Shown here piece by piece: positions 28,457-38,238 of a stretch of 64,000 nucleotides of DNA; the first letter of the stretch is position 1; the number at the start of each line of letters is the position of its first letter. The stretch lies in NCBI GenBank assembly GCA_024274785.1, contig JAJSAM010000026.1:47048-111047 (forward strand). Reading direction: 5' to 3'. The translations under genes and the position numbers were made by a program. The notes beneath the pieces were generated by a model that did not search any database, had not been told where the DNA came from, and saw nothing but the letters and a program-made list of their open reading frames with translations. The stretch is from Planctomycetota bacterium (GTDB lineage Bacteria > Planctomycetota > JAJSAM01).

Positions 28457-29461
28457 ATGATCAATTGCAGCAAGTGCGGTACGGCCAACTCGTCCGGCAG
28501 TTCCTTCTGCGGGGACTGCGGCGAGCCGGTACCGTCAGCCGGGGAAGCCGGAGCGCGGGGCGGGGAAAAGAGCACCCGGCCCAGTGACCGTATCGTCGTC
28601 TCTCGAGATACGCAGGGAGAGGTCTCCGTCAAGGTGGTTCGCCCCGAAGGCCGGTACCTGCGCCATGAGTGTCCCTTCTGCGGCAATTCGGTCAAGGTGC
28701 GGGAGGACGAGTCCGCCTGTCCGAAGTGTGGCGGATCGCTCCTCGGCGGCGGTGAGGAGGCCGCCGAGGACGATCCTGCGATCACGAATCCCGTGCCCCG
28801 GGGCGCCTCGACTCCCCTGGCCATCCTCTACCACCTTCTGCCGTCGGGTGAGGAGACACCCATCCCTCTCGAGAATCGCCGGAGCATCATCGGTCGGCTC
28901 CAGGGCATTCCGGAGAGCCTGATCTTCCAGCAGGATCCGTACCTCTCTCCCGTGCACGCCGAGTTCGACTACACGGAGAAGGGTTTGAGAGTCGTGGACC
29001 GGGACAGCCTGAACGGCGTTTTCGGTCAGATCCGGGGGCCCACGGTCATCGAGGACGGGCAGACGGTCCTGATGGGGGAGCAGGTCCTGCGGTTCGACGT
29101 GCTGACGGTGGGAACCCGCGGTGGGCGGTCCGGGCCGGGCGGCACGGTGCCCCTCGGGAGTGGGTTGGAGCGCCCCGGTGCCCGCCTGGTGAAGATCCTC
29201 GCCGACGGCGGAGACGGGCCGGAGTTTCACCTGGGCGGTCAGCAACGGGTCTTTGGCCGCCAGTCCGGACATTTCTCGTTTCCGGATGATCTCCTGATGA
29301 GTCAGCGGCATGCGATGGTCGAAGAGGTGGGCGGACGCTACATCGTCACCGACCTCGAGAGCAGGAACGGGACGATGGTTCGCGTGCCGGAAGCCGACCT
29401 GGGACCCGGGGCGATCGTGAGAATGGGCAGTCAGCGGTTCCGTGTCGAGTATCGGCGCTAG
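28457..29461 (+). CDS. Zinc-ribbon / double FHA domain protein
   Basis: CSKCG..CGDCG and CPFCG..CPKCG ribbons; FHA motifs IIGR..LSPVHA..DSLNG and FGR..MSQRHA..SRNGT. Confidence 0.85.
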   Translation: MINCSKCGTANSSGSSFCGDCGEPVPSAGEAGARGGEKSTRPSDRIVVSRDTQGEVSVKVVRPEGRYLRHECPFCGNSVKVREDESACPKCGGSLLGGGEEAAEDDPAITNPVPRGASTPLAILYHLLPSGEETPIPLENRRSIIGRLQGIPESLIFQQDPYLSPVHAEFDYTEKGLRVVDRDSLNGVFGQIRGPTVIEDGQTVLMGEQVLRFDVLTVGTRGGRSGPGGTVPLGSGLERPGARLVKILADGGDGPEFHLGGQQRVFGRQSGHFSFPDDLLMSQRHAMVEEVGGRYIVTDLESRNGTMVRVPEADLGPGAIVRMGSQRFRVEYRR

Positions 29462-29694
29462 CCCGCTTTTCTCACCAGTGCTCGCGCCGCGTTTTCTGGA
29501 CGGCTGAGACCGGAGACGGATGTGTCGCGTCCTGGCGGGTTGCGCCCGGGGCGTGTGTATCTGAGGAGGCAGGCGCGGATGCAGCGCAAGGAAGACCGAC
29601 GACGCGACGCCTTCCCATCTCGGAGGAGGTCTGACGCAGCGGTGCGCCACGACCGTCCCTCAGATCGTGGGCAATGGCGAGAAATGCGGGCTAG
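29458..29694 (+). mobile_element. Family C MITE-like element (237 bp) with CTAG at both ends
   Basis: ctagcccgcttttctcacca ... tggcgagaaatgcgggctag (2 mismatches); the left end overlaps the FHA gene TAG. Confidence 0.8.
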
Positions 29695-29711
29695 AAAGCC
29701 GGGAGATACTC

Positions 29712-30374
29712 GTGGGTGACGTTGCCAGACTCCGATTTGTCACCGGGAACACCGATGTCCTCGAGATCCCGGAAGGCCGGCCGGTCGTCGTCGGACGAGG
29801 GGAGACGGCGGACTTCCGGATTGCGAGCGACCCCTCTGTCTCGCCGAAGCATGCCCGTTTCATCCGGGAGCAGGGCACGCTCTACGTGGTGGACCTCGGC
29901 GCCGTGAACGGTGTTCTCGTGCGCGTGACCGAGCCGGTTCTCCTGGAGAACAAGGACCGCCTGCGCTTCGGCGACCATATCTTCGCATTCGAGGTCATCC
30001 CCTGGATGGATGTCGCGAAGGCCAACATCACCAAGGTGCTGAACGATCCGACGACGCAGGCAATCGGCACCAAAGGCGAGATCGCGAAGGCGCGGCTGGT
30101 GATCCAGCTCGATACCGGCCACCGCGGCAAGGAGTACTTCATCGGCGACTCGACGATCGTCATCGGCAGCGGCGACGGCACCCACAACTTCATGTCCGAC
30201 GAGACGATCAGCAAGCAGCACGCGAAGGTCACCCCGCGGCAGCAGGGCGGCTTCGTTCTCACCGATCTCGGGAGCCGGCACGGCACCTGGCGCCAGACGA
30301 GAGGTCGCGTGAAACTCAGCGAGGGCCAGGAGATTCTGATCGGCCGGCAGCGCCTGGTGGTGGAAACGGTCTGA
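29712..30374 (+). CDS. Double FHA domain protein
   Basis: VVGRG...VSPKHA..DLGAVNG and IG....ISKQHA..DLGSRHGT; GGAG before GTG 29712. Confidence 0.85.
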   Translation: MGDVARLRFVTGNTDVLEIPEGRPVVVGRGETADFRIASDPSVSPKHARFIREQGTLYVVDLGAVNGVLVRVTEPVLLENKDRLRFGDHIFAFEVIPWMDVAKANITKVLNDPTTQAIGTKGEIAKARLVIQLDTGHRGKEYFIGDSTIVIGSGDGTHNFMSDETISKQHAKVTPRQQGGFVLTDLGSRHGTWRQTRGRVKLSEGQEILIGRQRLVVETV

Positions 30375-30404
30375 TCTCGCCGGGATCGCGGTAGGCTTCC
30401 GGGA

Positions 30405-30872
30405 ATGACCAGTCCTTATCGCCAGGAGCAGATCGAGAGCTGGGTCGACGACTTCTGCGCCTCGAGCCGTTTCCGGGATCACCCGTCTCCCGCCCGGGAG
30501 TATGCGCCGGAGGTCCTGGTCCGGTTCCTGCAAGACGCCTGCAATGCGCGCGATGTCGAGCCGGCCGCACTCGAGGAGCCGGATCTTCGGTCCGGGCTCC
30601 TCGAGGGCGTCGCGAAGATGGCGATACCCGCGCTGGTCCGCGGAGCGATCCCCGCGCTCTGCGGGGCTTTCCTCGCGGAGATGGAGGCACAGGGCCGCAT
30701 CTCCGGCGGTCGCACCATGGGCCTGTTCGTCGCAGCCCTCTCAGACGCCTTCGCGGAAGCCTCGACCCACAAGCCGAAGCCGTTCGTCTCTCCCACCTCG
30801 AAAATCGGGCGAAACGACCCGTGCCCGTGCGGAAGCGGCCGCAAGTACAAGAAGTGCTGTCAGGGCCGCTGA
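30405..30872 (+). CDS. SEC-C motif protein
   Basis: C-terminal [20 protein letters not shown]. Confidence 0.88.
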   Translation: MTSPYRQEQIESWVDDFCASSRFRDHPSPAREYAPEVLVRFLQDACNARDVEPAALEEPDLRSGLLEGVAKMAIPALVRGAIPALCGAFLAEMEAQGRISGGRTMGLFVAALSDAFAEASTHKPKPFVSPTSKIGRNDPCPCGSGRKYKKCCQGR

Positions 30873-30902
30873 TCGAGCGCGAATGTCGCCCCTGGGGCAG
30901 AA

Positions 30903-31739
30903 TCAGAGTGCGTTCAACTCCCGGATCTCCCTTGCCCAGATGCTGTCGTCGATCGTTTCCAGCACCATGGGGATGCCGCCGAATCGCGGGTCCTTCATGA
31001 TGAACTCGAAGCACTTCCAGCCGATGTGACCTTCTCCGAGACTGTGGTGGCGGTCCACCCGGCTGCCGAGTTCCCGCTTGGAGTCATTCAGGTGCATGCC
31101 CCGCAGGTACTGAAAGCCGACGATCCGGTCGAACTCGGAAAACGTCTTCCGGCACGCCGCCTTCGTCCTGAGGTCATAACCGGCCGCGAAGGTGTGGCAG
31201 GTGTCCAGGCAGACGCCGACGCGATCCTGGTCATCGACCCGAGAGATGATCCGGGCGAGATGTTCGAAACGATGGCCCAGGTTGCTGCCTTGCCCCGCGG
31301 TGTTCTCGATGACCGCGATGACACCCGGGACCTGCTCGTGCGCCAGGTTGATCGACTCCGCCACCAATGCGAGAGACTGCTCTTCGGAGATCTTCTTCAG
31401 GTGACTGCCGGGGTGGAAGTTCAGCAGCGAAAGGCCCAATTGTGAACAACGACGCATCTCGTCGACGAAGGCGGTCCGCGACTTCTCGAGTCCTTCCGCC
31501 TCCGGATGGCCGAGGTTGATCAGGTAGGAATCGTGGGGCAGCACCTGCGCCGGGCTGAAACCGCAGGCCTCGCAGTTACTTTTGAACGCGGCGATGCTCT
31601 CGTCGGTCAGCGGCTTCGCTGTCCACTGTCGCTGGTTCCTCGTGAACAGCGCGAACGCGGTCGCCCCGATCTCCCGGGCTTTCAGCGGAGCATTCTCCAC
31701 CCCGCCGGCGGCACTGACATGGGCACCTATGTATTTCAT
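30903..31739 (-). CDS. nfo: Endonuclease IV
   Basis: [52 protein letters not shown]. Confidence 0.95.
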   Translation of the reverse strand: MKYIGAHVSAAGGVENAPLKAREIGATAFALFTRNQRQWTAKPLTDESIAAFKSNCEACGFSPAQVLPHDSYLINLGHPEAEGLEKSRTAFVDEMRRCSQLGLSLLNFHPGSHLKKISEEQSLALVAESINLAHEQVPGVIAVIENTAGQGSNLGHRFEHLARIISRVDDQDRVGVCLDTCHTFAAGYDLRTKAACRKTFSEFDRIVGFQYLRGMHLNDSKRELGSRVDRHHSLGEGHIGWKCFEFIMKDPRFGGIPMVLETIDDSIWAREIRELNAL

Positions 31740-31849
31740 CGGGACATGCTCCAGTACACGACCCCGGATCCCCAGGACTGAATGCATGGTCCCCGGTTCG
31801 CGTATGCGAGACAGGTCGCGGATCGGTATCCTGCGGGGGGAGGTCGGCC

Positions 31850-32563
31850 TTGAGCACGGAAGACGGGAGATTCATCACGACACGGTGGAGTCGCGTCCTG
31901 GCCGCGGGCCGGGGGGCTTCCGCCCTGGCGCTCGAGGAACTCTGTGCGGGGTACTGGCGTCCACTCTATGTCTACGCGCGGCGGCGAGGCGCTGGCCGGG
32001 AGGAAGCCGAGGATCTCGTCCAGGGCTTCTTCGTCGAGGTTCTGGAGAGGGGTTCGATTGGTGTGGCGGACCCCGAGCGGGGACGGTTTCGCTCCTTCCT
32101 TCTCACTGCCTTCCGCCATCACGTCGGGCGGATGCGGGAGAAGAGCGGGGCGGTCAAGCGGGGCGGCCGCGTCAGCACCATCGCGATCGACGCGGAACTG
32201 TGCGAGAGCGATCTCCGCCGAAACGGCACGACGAAGGCGACGCCCGAGCACGCGTATCACCAGGAGTGGGCGCTCACGATCCTGTCCCTGGTGATGGCCC
32301 GACTCCGCGGTTCGTACGAGGGGCGAGGCAAGGGAGCACAGTTCGACTCGTTGAAGGGCTTTCTCGACGGGAGCGCGCCGGCGGATTCCCGGGCCGCGGT
32401 CGCGCGTGATCTCGGCATGTCGGAGGGGGCGCTTCGCGTGGCATTGCATCGGCTGCGCGAGCGTTACCGGACCGCGCTCGTGCAGGAGGTGTCGGGCACG
32501 CTGCCCGAGGGAGGGAACGCGGACGATGAGATCCGGGCACTGTTTGCCGCCCTTGAAGTTTAG
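31850..32563 (+). CDS. ECF sigma factor, Ser/Thr-kinase-associated Planctomycete/Verrucomicrobia type
   Basis: F.TTRWS.V, YWRPLY.Y.RR.G...[35 protein letters not shown]. Confidence 0.9.
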   Translation: MSTEDGRFITTRWSRVLAAGRGASALALEELCAGYWRPLYVYARRRGAGREEAEDLVQGFFVEVLERGSIGVADPERGRFRSFLLTAFRHHVGRMREKSGAVKRGGRVSTIAIDAELCESDLRRNGTTKATPEHAYHQEWALTILSLVMARLRGSYEGRGKGAQFDSLKGFLDGSAPADSRAAVARDLGMSEGALRVALHRLRERYRTALVQEVSGTLPEGGNADDEIRALFAALEV

Positions 32564-32604
32564 GCTGTAACGGTTGTGACGATTCTCCGGTATCCGAGAG
32601 TGCC

Positions 32605-32937
32605 ATGCACGATGAACGAACCTGCCCGAGCTGTTCCGCTCCGGTTCCGTCCGCGAGCCCGGAGGATCTCTGTCCCCGTTGCCTCCTCGCGGCCGGCCTT
32701 CGGCCGAGTTCGACTCCAGGTTTGTCGACCCGGGCGCCGGATCCCGCGGTACTCGATGCCGAGATACCGGATTACGAAGTGCTCGAACTCATCGGTCAGG
32801 GCGGGCTGGGGGCGGTCTATCGCGCGCGCCATCTCGCGAATGGCCAGCTTGTCGCGCTGAAGACGCTGCCACCCTCTCTCGATCCCGAATTCGCGGAACG
32901 CTTTCAGCGGGAGATCGAAGCACTCACCCGTCGGTAA
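32605..32937 (+). pseudogene. Truncated Ser/Thr protein kinase (zinc finger plus subdomains I-III only)
   Basis: CPSC...CPRC, IGQGGLGAVY, VALK, F.RE, then TAA; HRD and DFG motifs absent. Confidence 0.8.
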
Positions 32938-32947
32938 AACCCGGCGC

Positions 32948-33391
32948 GTGCTCGAAACCTACGATGGCGGCGAGGTGTTCAGGACGCTGCGTATCGAGGT
33001 GACCGCCTGGGATACCTGGCTGAACTTCGGGCTCCGGATCCCCTGCTGGGTGATTGTCCTTTTCGGTGTCCTGATTGGCTGCTCGGCGGCGGTTGCGATC
33101 TCGGGTCGGTGGACCCCCGAATGGTGGGCTTTCCAGACCGGGTCGCTTTTCGGTCTGGCCTTTAGTCTTCTCTACCTGATCCTCGTCTGGGGGGAGCAGG
33201 AGGAGAGCATGATGCGCTTGACGAGTCACCCGGGGGTCGGCGTCTACTGCGCGGTGCTCGCATTCGGAACCATGTCGGTGGCGTCCTGGTTGCTGCGCCC
33301 GTTGTCCGGTTCCCGCGGCACAGCAAGGAAACCCTCCCGAAAGTCGGCGCGGAGGCGGGTCAAAAGGGCGGCGCGGAAGGGGAAGAGCTGA
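32948..33391 (+). CDS. Small membrane protein, possibly the orphaned C-terminal part of the kinase
   Basis: Three hydrophobic segments and a basic tail; starts 10 nt after the truncated kinase. Confidence 0.5.
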   Translation: MLETYDGGEVFRTLRIEVTAWDTWLNFGLRIPCWVIVLFGVLIGCSAAVAISGRWTPEWWAFQTGSLFGLAFSLLYLILVWGEQEESMMRLTSHPGVGVYCAVLAFGTMSVASWLLRPLSGSRGTARKPSRKSARRRVKRAARKGKS

Positions 33392-33407
33392 CGGGCAGAG
33401 GCGGCGG

Positions 33408-33923
33408 TCAGCGCGTGGCCGCGGCCATCTCTTCGATCATGCTGTTGACCGGCAGGCCGTCGATCCGGTAGCCGCCGTCTTCCGTCAGCAGGTCGTAGGA
33501 ACGCTCCACACCACGATGCCGGGTCGATCGAACGACGATCCGTCCGGCAATCGCATCGCCGGGGTGGAGGTCGGCGGCGCGGATGCCGTCGATCCGGTGC
33601 AGGTTGCTCAGCGTCACCCGCTCGCCGGTGGCGAACTCGACCATCAGGTATTCCGAGGTAGCCGGGTCCTCGACGTACTCGTGCTTCTGAAGGATCCGCA
33701 CCGGTTCGCCGGAGAGTCCGATCACCAGATCTCCGGCGCGAAGGGTCTCCAGGGGGAGGGACCCCGAAGGAGTATCCACCAGGGCGCCCTCGGGGATACA
33801 GCCGAACTTGAGTTTCACCGAGGCTGCCTGGATCCCGAGGTTGAGCAGACCGCAGCCGGAGAGCAGAACGGTGGCGGCCACCAGGCCAAGCAGCGCCAGA
33901 TGCCGTGAAGTTCTGTTCTCCAT
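33408..33923 (-). CDS. Lipoprotein with Hint (Hedgehog/intein-like) domain
   Basis: Lipobox LSGC; Hint block A G|CIPEGALVDTPSG..PLETLRAGDLV, block B TLSNLH, C-terminal block SYDLLTEDGGYRIDGLPVNS; GGAGG SD. Confidence 0.85.
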   Translation of the reverse strand: MENRTSRHLALLGLVAATVLLSGCGLLNLGIQAASVKLKFGCIPEGALVDTPSGSLPLETLRAGDLVIGLSGEPVRILQKHEYVEDPATSEYLMVEFATGERVTLSNLHRIDGIRAADLHPGDAIAGRIVVRSTRHRGVERSYDLLTEDGGYRIDGLPVNSMIEEMAAATR

Positions 33924-34034
33924 GGTGCCCTCCTGGCGCGGAAAAGCGCCGAGTCGAACCGACAATCTTACCTGCTTGTACCTGTTCTCATCGGCAATCC
34001 CGGGGTGAAAGAGCGGTATCCGCCGCCGAAAAGG

Positions 34035-35241
34035 ATACGGAGGCAGACACCTTTCACCAACCTACGTTGAATCGTACTCAAGCAATCTGAGCGGAATTCC
34101 GTGCCCGTTGCTCCCTTTGTGCGACTTCCTTCCTGGAGGTCACCATGTCCAGACGAAGCCGCGAGGACGGACCGGATACTTTGCACCATGTCTACAACCG
34201 GGGCATTGCCCGGCGAACGGTATTCGAGAACAGGGACGACGTGCGCTACTTCCTTTCGCGACTGGCGCGGGTCCACCGCAAGGGCCTGCTGGAAATCCAC
34301 GGGTTCAGCTTCCTCACCACTCACTACCACCTGATCGTCCGAAGCCCCGTCGGCAAGCTCCCTCGGGCGATGCAGGAAACCAGCAACGCGTTCGTTCGTT
34401 GGTTCAATCGCAAGCGAAGGAGGGACGGAGCGCTCTTTCGCGGCAGGTTCGGCTCGCGACGCGTCCAGTCTCAGGCCTACCTCACCCGCCTCGTACCCTA
34501 TGTGGACCAGAACAGCACCGGTGCCAGGCTGGCAAGCCATGCCGGACTCTACCCGTACGGAAGTGCGCGGCTGTTCCAGCAGGGGCAGAGTCCGAAGTGG
34601 CATACGCGGGAGCTGATCGAGAGGCTCGCCTGCCAGATGTCCGGTTTCCGGGAATTCAGCCCATCGGTGTACCGCACCTGCTTTGGAGCCGAGCTGACTC
34701 CGGCCGAAGCCGAGTGGCTCAAGCTACGCATCCGTTGCCCGCGCGATGGCCCGGATCCGCTGGATGACCTGGTCGGGGCTGCGCCCGAGCGCGTACGGGA
34801 GTGGATGGTTCGCAAGGCGAGCCTGGCGGACGGCACCAGACCTGGTCTCCCTCTGCTGGCACCTTCAATCGCGATGGAAGTCCTGCGGGAAGGGCAACTG
34901 CGGGAACCGGATCTGCAGTTTCGGCTTCGGAGGTATTGGCGTCCCGCCTGGCTCCTATTGGCGGCCGGCTTCCTTCGAGACGAGTGCGGCTTGACCATCG
35001 CAGCTGCGGCCAGGTTCTTGAACCGACCGGCTTCCAGTGTCTCGGTCTTGGCAAATGCACACCGGGAACTGCTCATCGCCGACCCGACCTATGCTGCGCT
35101 CGCAGCGGAGTTCCTGGCGGAGGCGCTCTGGCGCCTGCACGGCTCGGCGACGGCCGGGATTCGCGCGGACGGATCCGAACGCAGGTGAGATTGCTCCGGG
35201 GCGGATGAACGTAGGTTGGTGAAAGGTGTCTGCCTCCGTAT
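34035..35241. mobile_element. RAYT-type element bounded by perfect 34-bp inverted repeats
   Basis: 34035-34068 atacggaggcagacacctttcaccaacctacgtt is the exact reverse complement of 35208-35241. Confidence 0.85.
34145..35188 (+). CDS. REP-associated tyrosine (HUH, Y1) transposase with C-terminal HTH
   Basis: HHVYNRG..R..VF, THYHL (HUH), G.LF.GRF.S, YVDQN; C-terminal GLTIAAAARFLNRPASSVS. Confidence 0.88.
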   Translation: MSRRSREDGPDTLHHVYNRGIARRTVFENRDDVRYFLSRLARVHRKGLLEIHGFSFLTTHYHLIVRSPVGKLPRAMQETSNAFVRWFNRKRRRDGALFRGRFGSRRVQSQAYLTRLVPYVDQNSTGARLASHAGLYPYGSARLFQQGQSPKWHTRELIERLACQMSGFREFSPSVYRTCFGAELTPAEAEWLKLRIRCPRDGPDPLDDLVGAAPERVREWMVRKASLADGTRPGLPLLAPSIAMEVLREGQLREPDLQFRLRRYWRPAWLLLAAGFLRDECGLTIAAAARFLNRPASSVSVLANAHRELLIADPTYAALAAEFLAEALWRLHGSATAGIRADGSERR

Positions 35242-35282
35242 TTCCCGAGTACACTCCGAACTCACCGTCACAGCGCGACCCA

Positions 35283-35379
35283 GCCGCAATGGAGGGGCGA
35301 CCTCCGGGCGACCGTGCTGGCGGTCCGGGAGCGTCACGCAGAATCTGCGAGCGCCGCGAAGATTCTGAACGTCAGTACT
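35283..35379 (+). repeat. Family B repeat, copy 1
   Basis: 97 bp; about 9 mismatches (manual count) to 59399-59495. Confidence 0.85.
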
Positions 35380-35393
35380 GCAGGGAGACGATC

Positions 35394-35930
35394 ATGAAGC
35401 GATTGGCCATCCTCGCCGTGGTGTTCGGTCTTGCCGCCTGCTCCGTCACGCCGAGCGAGTTTTCACGTTCCGGTCTCTATGCCGGGGCTTCCGTGATCGG
35501 TGCCGCTTCGGACTTCGACAACATTTCTGTCGTGGACGATCTCGACAAGGTCGACTACACCGCGGGCATCGGCCTCCGCGGCGGATACCGGTTCCTGGAT
35601 CGTTTTGCCATCGAAGCCGCTTACGAGGGGGGGATGGACTGGCGGAAGCACGACGTCAGGATGCAGACCATCGCCCTCCAGGGGAAGGTCTACCCGCTCA
35701 CCGGCGCGGTCCAGCCGTATGGTCTGATCGGCGGTGGCTACGCTTCGGGGAAGGTCTCGGGTACCAACCTGGATGACCGTGCCGCATTCTGGCGCCTCGG
35801 TGCCGGCCTCGAGGTCTACATCCTTCCGTTCCTGCCGCTGTTCTTCGAACTGGACTATACGTTGCCGACCGGCGACCTCTCCGATCTGCCGTACGCCACC
35901 GGCCATCTCGGAGCGCTGTTCCGCTTCTGA
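35394..35930 (+). CDS. Outer-membrane beta-barrel protein (OmpA-like barrel)
   Basis: Signal with LAAC, GLRGGYRF, AIEAAYE, QPYGLIGGGY, terminal Phe (LFRF). Confidence 0.8.
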   Translation: MKRLAILAVVFGLAACSVTPSEFSRSGLYAGASVIGAASDFDNISVVDDLDKVDYTAGIGLRGGYRFLDRFAIEAAYEGGMDWRKHDVRMQTIALQGKVYPLTGAVQPYGLIGGGYASGKVSGTNLDDRAAFWRLGAGLEVYILPFLPLFFELDYTLPTGDLSDLPYATGHLGALFRF

Positions 35931-36033
35931 GAGCGGCATCCCGCGCCAGGTTCATGATGCCGGATCCTGCGAATTGAATCCGGCACGATGACGGGGTCCG
36001 CGTCCGCAGGCAGCGAACCCCGACTGACCCCTT

Positions 36034-37608
36034 TCAGTCCAGCGTGTACGTCGTCGGGCGCAGGATCTTGCCCTCGGCGAGTTGCTCGCGCTCCCATTTC
36101 ACGAAGTCCGACCGGACGCCCATCACGTGGGAAAAGCGCTGGGAGTAGTGGACGATGTCCTTCTCCATCAGATCGTCGGAGAGTTCGCGGTCCTTTTTCT
36201 TCAGCTCCGGGAGCCTGGCGCGGAACTCCTCGCGGTCCATCGCCTCGAGCTTCTCGACCAGGTCGGCGTAGATCTCCCGGCTCTTCCAGTCGGAGCGGGC
36301 GTTCACGTACCAGTGGCAGAAGACCGCCAGCTTCTCCAGGTAGAGATTGTGGGCATCGTCGAACCGCAGGCAGCTCGCGTCGAAATAGTTGCCCATCGAC
36401 TCGGCCTTCTCGAAATCGATGAGCCCCATGTCCTTGCTGATCGTGTAGCCGGCAGTGCCCGGAAAGGGGTAGAAGAGCGCCCAGCGGAAGCGGCCCATCT
36501 TGATCGTGGCGCAGATGTCGAGCGTTTCCTCGACCTCCTCGCGGGTTTCGGTGGGCAGGCCGATCATGACGAAGGCCGAGGTGTGCAGGTCGTAGCGCTG
36601 CGCGGACTCGAAGCTATCAACGATCTTGTCGTTTTTCATGAACCGCCAGAGCACTTCCTTGCGGACCCGGTCGCTCCCCGACTCGAGGCCGAACTTGGCG
36701 ATCAGGCAGCCTGAATCCTTCAGGGCGAAGGCGATCTCGTCGTCGAAGACCTGCACGTGAGCGTTCACCACGTAGGGGAGGGTCAGGCCCGCGGCCTTCC
36801 AGGCGGCGCAGAACTCGAGGACGAACGCCTTGTCGAGGGTGAAGAGGTCGTCGTCGAAGATCACAGTCTTCAGCAGATCCGGGTAGCGCTCCCTTATCGA
36901 GACGATCTCCTTGAGGATCCGGTCGATGTCGTAGCGGCGCAGGTACTCCTTCCGGCTCTTGCTCCCGCCCTCGTCCTGGTAGAGGTCCACGATCTCCTTG
37001 TTGAAGCAGTACGTGCACTTGAAGGGGCATCCGCGGCTCGTCAGCACCGAGATCCATCCGTTCTTCACGGTGAGGATCTTCTCGATGTCGAAGAGGTCGT
37101 AGTCCTTTTCGGGCATGGCCTTGAGATCGGGGTAGGCGCCGACCGCATTGTGGAAGGTCAGTTCCTCGCTGGTCTTCCTGGTACCGGGAACCGTGGTCAG
37201 GTCGCCGCCGTTTTCCAGCCGCGTCACATACTCGAGAAACGAGTAGTCCGCCTCGCCGACGAACATGAGATCCCACCACGGATCCGCCGCCACCTCGTCC
37301 GGGACCATCGTGCAGTGGACGCCGCCCACCACGATCGGGACCTCGACTCCATGCTCCCGCAGGCCCCGGGCGATCTCGGACGACCAGCCGTACTGCTGCG
37401 TCATCGCCGAGAATCCGATCACGCCGGGCTCATACTCCTCGACCATGGCCCGCACGTCCTCGAGCGTGGGAATCGGCGCCAGCCCCTCGTTCACGTGGAT
37501 CAGGGAAGTCTCGTGGCCCTCGGCCTTCAGAATCCCGCTCATGGCCGCGAGCCCGTGATTGAAGCCCACCGGACAGTCGATGGATGGATAGATGAAGAGA
37601 ACCTTCAC
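36034..37608 (-). CDS. B12-binding radical SAM protein
   Basis: N-terminal cobalamin-binding domain (IVVGGVH), SRGCPFKCTYC, DDDLF, GLESG, MIGLPTET; GGAGG before GTG. Confidence 0.9.
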   Translation of the reverse strand: MKVLFIYPSIDCPVGFNHGLAAMSGILKAEGHETSLIHVNEGLAPIPTLEDVRAMVEEYEPGVIGFSAMTQQYGWSSEIARGLREHGVEVPIVVGGVHCTMVPDEVAADPWWDLMFVGEADYSFLEYVTRLENGGDLTTVPGTRKTSEELTFHNAVGAYPDLKAMPEKDYDLFDIEKILTVKNGWISVLTSRGCPFKCTYCFNKEIVDLYQDEGGSKSRKEYLRRYDIDRILKEIVSIRERYPDLLKTVIFDDDLFTLDKAFVLEFCAAWKAAGLTLPYVVNAHVQVFDDEIAFALKDSGCLIAKFGLESGSDRVRKEVLWRFMKNDKIVDSFESAQRYDLHTSAFVMIGLPTETREEVEETLDICATIKMGRFRWALFYPFPGTAGYTISKDMGLIDFEKAESMGNYFDASCLRFDDAHNLYLEKLAVFCHWYVNARSDWKSREIYADLVEKLEAMDREEFRARLPELKKKDRELSDDLMEKDIVHYSQRFSHVMGVRSDFVKWEREQLAEGKILRPTTYTLD

Positions 37609-37854
37609 GGAAGCCTCCGGGGTGGTGACCTGGGGGCCCATTCTTGCCCCGAAACGGCCCGGTTTCGAGGGTATTCCTGGCATAATTCGGACACTTATGT
37701 CAAGATTAGCTTCGATACCGAGAGAGCCTGGCCCGCAGCGGGCCGAAAAAGTTGGTTGCCGGAAGTGGCCCCCACTAGGATGTTCGCTTCACCCCCGGCG
37801 ACCGGATCTCCCTGCTTGCAGTCCGGTCCCTAACCACCAATGAGGACGGCTCTT

Positions 37855-38238
37855 ATGGGTGCAGAGCTAAACGACTATCTACCTGTCCTCCTCACGATTC
37901 TCATCGCGGGAGGCCTTGCCGGCGCGTTCATCGTCCTTTCGGCGGTGATCGGCAAGAGGGCGAGGAATGCCAGTCCCCGTCGCGACACCCCCTACGAGTG
38001 CGGCATGCCCATCATCACCGATGCGCATTCCCGCTTCTCGGTGAAGTTCTACCTCGTGGCGATGCTGTTCATCCTGTTCGACATCGAGGTGGTCTTCCTT
38101 TACCCCTGGGCGGTGGTCTTCGACGACCTGCCGGCGACCCTGATCTTCACGGAGATGGCCGTATTCATCGTCATCCTGCTCGCGGGATGGCTCTTCATGG
38201 TGAAGAAAGGAGTCCTCCGATGGGAGAAGGCGGAGTGA
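37855..38238 (+). CDS. nuoA: NADH-quinone oxidoreductase subunit A
   Basis: [19 protein letters not shown]. Confidence 0.95.
   Translation: MGAELNDYLPVLLTILIAGGLAGAFIVLSAVIGKRARNASPRRDTPYECGMPIITDAHSRFSVKFYLVAMLFILFDIEVVFLYPWAVVFDDLPATLIFTEMAVFIVILLAGWLFMVKKGVLRWEKAE

Noticed and set aside
33408-33923. Hint protein as a polymorphic toxin or a true intein
   Set aside because: There is no C-terminal toxin or extein (10-aa tail only), no adjacent immunity gene, and no His-Asn splice motif.
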